Shown in pieces: positions 56,048 to 64,000 of a stretch of DNA of 64,000 nt. The stretch is from Octopus vulgaris (Eukaryota): contig OX597828.1 in the NCBI GenBank assembly GCA_951406725.2, forward strand, positions 69,564,001-69,628,000, read 5' to 3'. Numbering within the stretch: the first letter of the stretch is position 1; the number at the start of each line of letters is the position of its first letter. Under the pieces are notes generated by a model that worked only from the letters and a program-made list of their open reading frames with translations, was not told the origin of the DNA and searched no databases. Both the position numbers and the translations under genes were made by a program.

Positions 56048-57134
56048 CATCTTCCTTCCTTCCTCTAAGTGTTAAACTAATACAGAATTTGCTAAGCTTG
56101 TCCCTACTTTGTTTTATTGTTCATTGTGTCTGCAATATACATACATGCATACATATCATCATCATCGTTTTGTGTCTGTTTTCCATGCTGGCATGGGTCA
56201 GATGGTTTGATTGGAACTGGTAAGCCAGAGAACTGCACCAGGCACCAGTCTGATTTTGGTTTGGTTTCTTTGCCATTCCTAACACCAACCACTTTACAAA
56301 GTGTAATGGGTGCCTTTAACATGTCACGGGCATGGGTGTCTTTTACGTGTCACTATCATGAATATATATATATATCATCATCATCATCATTTGATATCCC
56401 TTTTTCCATGCTGGCATGGGTTGGACACTTTGACAAGAACACATGAGCCAGAGGGAACTGCCAGGTTCTATGCTTGATTTGGTATGGTTTCCACAGTTGG
56501 ATGACCTTCCTAATGCCAACCACTTTACAGAGTGTACTGGATGCTTTTTACAAGGCACCAGAACCAGTAAGTTCACCAAGAACTCATAAAGTATGTATGT
56601 GCATATACTTACACACACACACATATGTGTATGTGTGTGTGTGTATATATACATACATATATATACAGGCATGCATACATGGATGGATACATTGATGTAT
56701 AGAAGTGCAGTTATGGCTAAATGGTTACACAGTTTGCTTCACAAGTGTGAGGTCCTAAGGTTGAGCTCCCTGCCAAGCATCTTGGACAAATGCCATTTTA
56801 TATAGCCTCAAATCAACTCATCCATGTTAGTGGAATTGGACAAACAGAAACTGTATGGAAGCCCATCAGTGGATTCTGCCTTTAATTCAAACTTGTTATT
56901 CCCTGTGTCATATAGATTCTGCTTGAGAAATACATTAAAGGTAGACGTGTTCATGGAATACTCAGCCACTTATGCGTTAATTCAGGAGGAAGAAACTCTG
57001 TTAATTGTGGAACTGAATCCTCATTGTCGAAACCAATGGATAACCACTGCCACCTCCACCGTTGGTGGCACAATGTTTGGGCCAGTCCCTATTAGTACCT
57101 ATGATTTTCATGTAAAGAAAGGAACCCCCTAAAC

Positions 57135-57554
57135 CAGTGTTTCTCAACCATTTCTTTCTGCTGGACCCTTTTGGTTCCTATTTTACTCAAATGGACCCTT
57201 AAAACCATTTGATATCTAAAAAAGTCTCATTACATTTTTATAATTAAATATTGTTAGGAATTGCATAAAAAAATAATAATATTTTGTGTATTGGAGAGGT
57301 TTAACCAATTTATTGCACACATATTTTGACGGTGAAACCTTATATGGACCCCGCCAAGGGGCATATGGACCCTTCCCCCAAGAATCATGAGGACCTCCTG
57401 AGAATCATGTGGACCTCCCAAAAATCATGTGGAACACCTCCTCCCCAAGAATCATGTGGACCCCCCCCCCCCGCAAGAATCATGTGGACTCTCCTCCCCC
57501 CTAAGAATTATGTGGACACCCCAAGTATCATGTGGACCCCATTTAGAACCACTG
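57135..57554. mobile_element. hAT-type MITE with internal ~22 bp tandem repeats
   Basis: Ends are cagtgtttctcaa / tttagaaccactg, with a degenerate TSD (ccctaaac/atttaaac). Repeats of agaatcatgtggacc at 57340-57540. Confidence 0.7.
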
Positions 57555-58012
57555 ATTTAAACACTGTTCCCTCTGGGTCAGTAATAGCAGACCTATGACA
57601 CGTATACCATCAGTGATGCTCCACAGGTTTTTAGGGGACATGCAAGGGATTTTGTAAAAGAAAAATCTTCCTGTAATACCATGTTATTAAAAATTATCCA
57701 TAAGCATTTTCATAAAACTAAAATATGAGTTAGCAAAACTGTAATAGCAGAATTATTGTTTTGATGCCAACTTGCCTCTGACCAAACTTCCTTTTTTAAA
57801 AGGATCTGAATTAAAACCTTCAGCTTAAAATTCATGTCAATTAATAATCTCTGGAGGAGAGGAGGGGGTATTCTGGTGGTGTTGGAGAGTAATGGGGGTA
57901 GTCTTGGCTCACGTTGATTGAAGTTTTAGAAATCAGTTTTAACCATTTTTGTTGAAATACATTATCTTTATTTCATTTCCTTTTGAAAATAATGAGGAAT
58001 TTAGCAAAATGA

Positions 58013-58900
58013 CATATTTTTGTTGAGATGCTTTGTGTTTCTTTCAATTAATTTTAAATAAAACAAAGAATTTCATAAACTAACTTAATTATCATTAAGC
58101 AAGTGTTAGGAACATAAATTGTGACTAAGGTTTGGTGGAAGATTTTAATTCAGAACTTTTGAAAACAAGACATTTGTACTACAGGGCCAGAGCTGGTTTC
58201 AGCCAGGTTGGTATGAAAAGGGTTTAATTAATCATTTGTTAACCCTTTTGTTACCATATTTCTTTTGAGATGCTCTGTGTCTCTTTCAATTAATTTTAAA
58301 TAAAACAAAGAATTTCATAAACTAACTTAATTATCATTAAGCAAGTGTTAGGAACATAAATTGTGACTAAGGTTTGGTGGAAGATTTTAATTCAGAACTT
58401 TTGAAAACAAGACATTTGTACTACAGGGCCAGAGCTGGTTTCAGCCAGGTTGGTATGAAAAGGGTTTAATTAATCATTTGTTAACCCTTTTGTTACCATA
58501 TTTCTTTTGAGATGCTCTGTGTCTCTTTCAATTGATTTTAAATATAACAAAGAATTTAGTAAAATAACTTAGTTATCATTAAGCTAGGGTTAGGAACATA
58601 AATTGTGACTAAGGTTTGGTGGAAGATTCTAATTCAAAACTTATGAAAAGACATTAGTACTACAGAACCAGAAGCAGTTTCAGACAGGTTGGTATGAAAA
58701 GGGTTTAATTAATCATTTGTTAACCCTTTTGTTACCATATTTCTGTTGATATGCTCTGTGTTTCTTTCAATTATTTTAAATATAACAAAGAATTTTTGTG
58801 AGATAACTTAGTTATCATTAAGCTAGGGTTAGGAACATAAATTGTGGTTAAGGTTTGGTGGAAGATTTCTGAAAACAAGACATTTGGTATGAAAAGGGTT
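58013..58900 (+). mobile_element. Tandem array (~3.7 x 242 bp) of piggyBac-type MITE units
   Basis: Units start ttaacccttttgttacca at 58239, 58481 and 58720 and end tggtatgaaaaggg. Periods are 242 and 239 bp. Confidence 0.85.
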
Positions 58901-60089
58901 GAACTTTATCATTGAAGCATAAATTAACAAGAAATTTTGATGGAAGATTTTTATTTAGGTCACTTTATGTTGGCAGGAAGAGTCTCAGGCAGGTTGATAT
59001 CAAAAGGGTTAACGACAATAAAGATTATCATCATCATCATCATCATACGTCTGTTTTCCATGCCGACATAGGTTGGATAGTTTGACAGGAGGTGGCAAGC
59101 TGGAGCACTGCTCCAGGCTCCAGTTGTCCGTTTTGGCCTAGTTTCTACAGCCGGATGCCTTTCCTAGTGCCAACCACTTTACAGAGTGTACAGGGTGCTT
59201 TCTATGTGACACCAGCAGAAGTACTTTTAATGTGACACCAGCATGGATGCTTTTCACATGGCACCAACCCACTTATTTTATTAAATTCTTCATTATTTCC
59301 AGAATTTATTGAGACAAAAGCAGGGAATTTCAACAGAAATATGGTAGCAAAGAAAAAAAAATTAAATTAACGAAAATATATTTTCTACAAGCCAGATTAA
59401 AAAGGTTTACTGTCAATGCTCCATGTGAATCACGTGAGCCACATGAATGCATGTTTTGCAGCCTGTGCACATAAAGAAATTTATGTGTGCACGAAAGGGT
59501 TAATCGCCTAAAATAATACTTTAATTATTAATTATCCTTATTACACATTCAGTGCACACGTAGTTCTGTCAAGGTGAAAAGAAATAAACAAGATTTTTTT
59601 GCAGAGACTGATTGCTAAATATGAAGAAGAATGTTGCATCTGAGCAAGGCTTCTGCTTTTCCAATCTGTTGTTATCTCTCAAGACGAAATAACGAAGCTT
59701 TGTCTCTTGGTTAGAACACCAGCCTCTTCTTTATCAAAAGAATTCAAAGAATTATAAAAAAAATAACAAGAGACACATGCGCACACACACACACATGTAC
59801 ACGCACACACACACACGCGTGCGCTTATATAATGTGTGCGTGTGTGTGTGTGATGACTTTTGCAGTGATACTGTCATGATGGTAGTTGCAATTCTCATTA
59901 TTACCATCATTGTTTTCATCATCATCATCATCATCATCGTCATCATCATCATCATCACCACTATCATTGTTGTCATCAGTATTGCTAACAACATAAAAAC
60001 CACAACACTACCACCATCAGCTCCACCGTCACCCCACCCCCTCATCGTCAGCATCAGCATCATCTATTCCACCACCAACGTTACTGTCA

Positions 60090-60558
60090 TAACACACACA
60101 CACGCATACACATAAACACACACGCATACACAAAAACACACACACAGGCATACACATAAACACACACACACAGGCATACACATAAACACACACACACAGG
60201 CATACACATAAACACACACACACAGGCATACACATAAACACACACACACAGGCATACACATAAACACACACACACAGGCATACACATAAACACACACACA
60301 CAGGCATACACATAAACACACACACACACGCATACACAAAAACACACACACACACGCATACACATAAACACACACGCATACACAAAAACACACACACACG
60401 CATACACATAAACACACACACACACGCATACACATAAACACACACACACACACGCATACACATAAACACACGCATACACAAAACACACACATGCATACAC
60501 ATAAACACACACACAAACGCATAGACATAAACACACACGCATACACGCACACGCATAC
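60090..60558. repeat. ~24 bp (CA)-derived minisatellite
   Basis: Unit cacacaggcatacacataaaca. Confidence 0.9.
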
Positions 60559-60946
60559 TCTGTTCATGTCATCAATTCTTTCATTTCTTCCTCTGTCGTG
60601 ACTTTTGGCAACATCTGTGTTGATATCATGTATGAAGAGGATGAGGAGGAGGAGGATCATGATGGTGGGGGTGGGAAGATGAGGATGATGGTGGGATAGG
60701 GTGTAGTAAGGGTGGAGGTTGATGCTGTAGGCAGTAGAGTAATAGTGGTGGTGGTGGTGGTGGTGACGATGATGCTGGTAGTGATGACAACAGAAATTAC
60801 AATTATAGTGGCGATCATGATGATGATGATGATGTTAATTGCAGTGATGTATTGATGGTAGCTTTGAGGATTATCATCATCATCATCATCATCACTGTCA
60901 GCTCTCCATTACCATCATCATCATTACTACTGCCATTACCACCACC

Positions 60947-61043
<97 letters not shown>

Positions 61044-61044
61044 A

Positions 61045-61119
<75 letters not shown>

Positions 61120-61739
61120 TGTCATTATCACAGCCAACAATTCCATCATCAGCACTACAACCACACACACACACACATTGCCACCACCAGCAACAACACC
61201 ACCACCAATCAGGATCTTTGTACCCAAGAGACTGGATGTAGCATGGTCGTTACCAAAACTTGAACTCTCAGACACATACACTCTCTCTTTCTCACCCCCT
61301 TCTCTCTCTCTCTTTTTCTCTTCCTCTTTCTCTGTACTTTCCCTCCCTCCCCCTCTCTCTTTTTATGTTGGAACATGTGTGTATATATATGTTCGTTCAT
61401 ATTTATCTATGTCTTGTGAGTGTGAGTGTGTGTGTGTCAGTGTGTGTGTGTGTGTGGTTATTTACTAGATTGGAGGTGTGTGAATGTGAGGGTAGAAACT
61501 CGCCTGTAGGTGTATGTGTGTAGGTGTGTGTGTGTCTGGGTAGAAGTATGTGCATGTGTGTGCGTGTGTGTGGGAGTTTGTGTATTGGTTCATATGTGTG
61601 TGCGTGTCTTTACGTGGGCGTCTGCGTGTGTGTTTGTGTGTGTGTGTGCATGTATGTAGATGTGTATTTGTTAATTTGTGTGTGGGAGCAGGTGCTTGTA
61701 GGTGAGTGTGAGCATGTACACCGTGTGTAGGTGTGTGTG

Positions 61740-62410
61740 TGTCAGTTTGTGTGTAGGTGTATGTACATAAGACCACGTGTAGGAGTAGGAGCATGTGTGT
61801 GTGAGTGTGTGAACAGGTGTGTGTGTGTGTGTGGATTGGTAGGCATGTGTGTGTGGTGTGTGTGTGGGAACAGGTGTGTGTGTATTTGTGTCAGTTTGTG
61901 TGTAGGTGTATGTACATAAGACCACATGTAGGAGTAGGAGCATGTGTGTGTGAACAGGTGTGTGTGTGTTGTGTGTGTGGTGTGTGTGTGGGAACAGGTG
62001 TGTGTGTATTTGTGTCAGTTTGTGTGTAGGTGTATGTACATAAGACCACATGTAGGAGTAGGAGCATGTGTGTGTGTGTGTGGGAACAGGTGTGTGTGTA
62101 TTTGTGTCAGTTTGTGTGTAGGTGTATGTACATAAGACCACGTGTAGGAGCATGTGTGTAGGTGTGTGTGTGGGGGGGAAGGTGTGTGCGTGTGTGTCAG
62201 TTTGTGTGTAGGTGTATGTACATAAGACCATGTGTAGGAGTAGGAGCATGTGTGTGTGTGTGTGCGTGTGTGTGTGTGTGTGCATGAACAGGTGTGTGCG
62301 TGTGTATTTGTGGATTGGTGTTTGTGTGTTTGTGGGAAAAGGTGTGTGCATGTGTGTGTGTTAATTTGTGTGTAGGTGTATGTACATAAGACCATGTGTA
62401 GGAGTCAAAG

Positions 62411-62443
<33 letters not shown>

Positions 62444-62730
62444 ATGAACAGGTGTGTGTGTTTGTGGATTGGTGTGTGTGTTTGTGGTGGTGTGTGTGTG
62501 TGTGTGTTTGTGAATTGGTGTGTGTGTGGGAACAGTTGTGTGTATGTGTGTACATTAGTTTGTGTGTAGGTGTATGTACATAAGACCATGTGTAGGAGTC
62601 AGAGCATGTGTGTGTGTGTGTGCATGAACAGGTGTGTGCGTGTGTGTGTGTGCATGAACAGGTGTGTGCATGTGTGTGTGTGTTAATTTGTGTGTAGGTG
62701 TATGTACATATGACCATGTGTGGGAGAAGC
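61740..62730. repeat. Minisatellite: ~50 bp conserved core with variable (TG)n linkers, 8 copies
   Basis: Core tttgtgtgtaggtgtatgtacataagacca...aggagcatg recurs at spacings of 90-194 bp. Confidence 0.9.
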
Positions 62731-63118
62731 ATGTATGTAGGTGTGCACATGTGTGTGTGTGCGCACATGTGTGTGTGTTGGTTTGTTTACATGTGTATGT
62801 ATTTATGTATGTATGTATAGTTATGTGTGGGTGTAGAAATATGTATGTTGGTTTGTATTTGTTGCTGTGTGTTGAAAGAGTGTGTGGGTGTGTTTATGTG
62901 TGTGGGTGTATCTATGCGAGTGCATACATATGCACTTACTGAGTGTGGGTGTAGAACTCAATATCTAGGCATGGAGTTTTGTGAAGGTGTAAGATTGCAT
63001 GGAGGTGCAGGAGTAGATGCATATGTGAATATAAGTATGTGTGTGTGAATGTTTCATTTATGTATATATATACATATATACACATCTGAATGTAAAAGTG
63101 TGTATGTGAGTATATGCA

Positions 63119-63158
<40 letters not shown>

Positions 63159-63556
63159 AATATATATACATGTAAGTTTGTGTATGGGTGTAGATGTATG
63201 TATGCAGATCAGTATGAGAGTATGTGTGTGTGTGTGCATGTGAGAGAGAGAGAGAGTGTATATATAGAAGTATATATACAAATGTGCACAACTGCTTAGA
63301 CGTGTATATTCCTACATATATATATTGTTCAATGTGTTGATAAAAATACATATATATATATAAATATATATATACAAATGCACAAATATATATATACACA
63401 TACATATATATATGTGTGTGTGTGTATATATATATATATGTGTGTATATATATACACACACACACACACATTGTTTGTAGAAATGCATAAATCCAGGGGA
63501 GAAGTACACACTAAGACATAGAGCAGTTAATATTATAGTGGGGTAGGCTGGTTTAT

Positions 63557-63617
63557 GGGGTTACCTTGGATTTCTCACTCATAAGGGGTTTAGCCTTACG
63601 CTGTATCTTCAGACCCC
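63557..63617 (-). ncRNA. Hammerhead ribozyme motif in left arm of inverted repeat
   Basis: Minus strand reads ggggt CTGAAGA tac...gtga GAAAT ccaag GTA acccc. Stem I is a perfect 5 bp, GAAAC has become GAAAT, and stem II is imperfect. Confidence 0.6.
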
Positions 63618-63819
63618 AAACACTGCCGGATTGAGACCTCCTTAAAATATGGAGGGGGAAAAACCTCGTTTTTAAGGGTAAAACCCTAGATGTTTATCTC
63701 CCTTTGCCATTGTCCCTCAGTCTTCAGCTGCGCTGCTATCTTGCAGTCACTAAAGCACCACAAAGCTAAACGAGGCTTTCCCCTCCAGGTTTTAAAGAGG
63801 TTTCAGGCCAACAGTGTTT

Positions 63820-63880
63820 GGGGTCTGAAGATACACCACAAAACTCAACCCCTTATGAGTGAGAAACCCAGGGTAACATC
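63820..63880 (+). ncRNA. Hammerhead ribozyme motif in right arm of inverted repeat
   Basis: Reads ggggt CTGAAGA tac...actca..tgagtga GAAAC ccagg GTA acatc. The core is intact, stem III is ACCCAGGGT, and stem I is partly decayed. Confidence 0.6.
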
Positions 63881-63902
63881 ATAAACTAGCCTACCCCACT
63901 AT

Positions 63903-63944
<42 letters not shown>

Positions 63945-64000
63945 TATATACATACATATATATATATACGTACACATATATAAATATATATATATACACA

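Larger units (their letters stand above)
63533..63904. mobile_element. Diverged inverted pair of hammerhead-bearing Penelope-like ends
   Basis: Arms 63533-63671 and 63768-63904 are reverse-complementary with scattered mismatches. Each arm has a hammerhead core, and the pair is flanked by (TA)n/(CA)n. Confidence 0.65.

Noticed and set aside
61740-62730. CRISPR-like look of conserved cores with variable spacers
   Set aside because: The spacers are (TG)n-derived, related to each other and highly variable in length. There are no cas genes and the context is eukaryotic.

Overview
Repeat-saturated, AT-rich eukaryotic intronic or intergenic DNA. It is most likely from an octopod cephalopod; this is inferred from remembered Octopus SINE sequences, not from a search. 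No intact host protein-coding gene, rRNA, genuine tRNA or CRISPR array is recognisable, and almost every listed ORF is a microsatellite translation. The window holds four families of tRNA-derived SINEs, decayed fragments of RTE-type, R4/Dong and Ty3/Gypsy retroelements, a Tc1/mariner transposase relic, mariner, hAT and piggyBac-type MITEs, a non-autonomous Helitron and several minisatellites. The most notable hidden signal is a set of sequence-diverse type I hammerhead ribozyme motifs. Four have the whole fold (35245-35291, 39490-39575, 63557-63617, 63820-63880; only 39490-39575 has a fully canonical core with intact stems), and several more are decayed or partial. They have palindromic stem III, and several sit inside long inverted repeats, which is the architecture of Penelope-like element ends or retrozymes. 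A few unique islands may be promoter or exon sequence.
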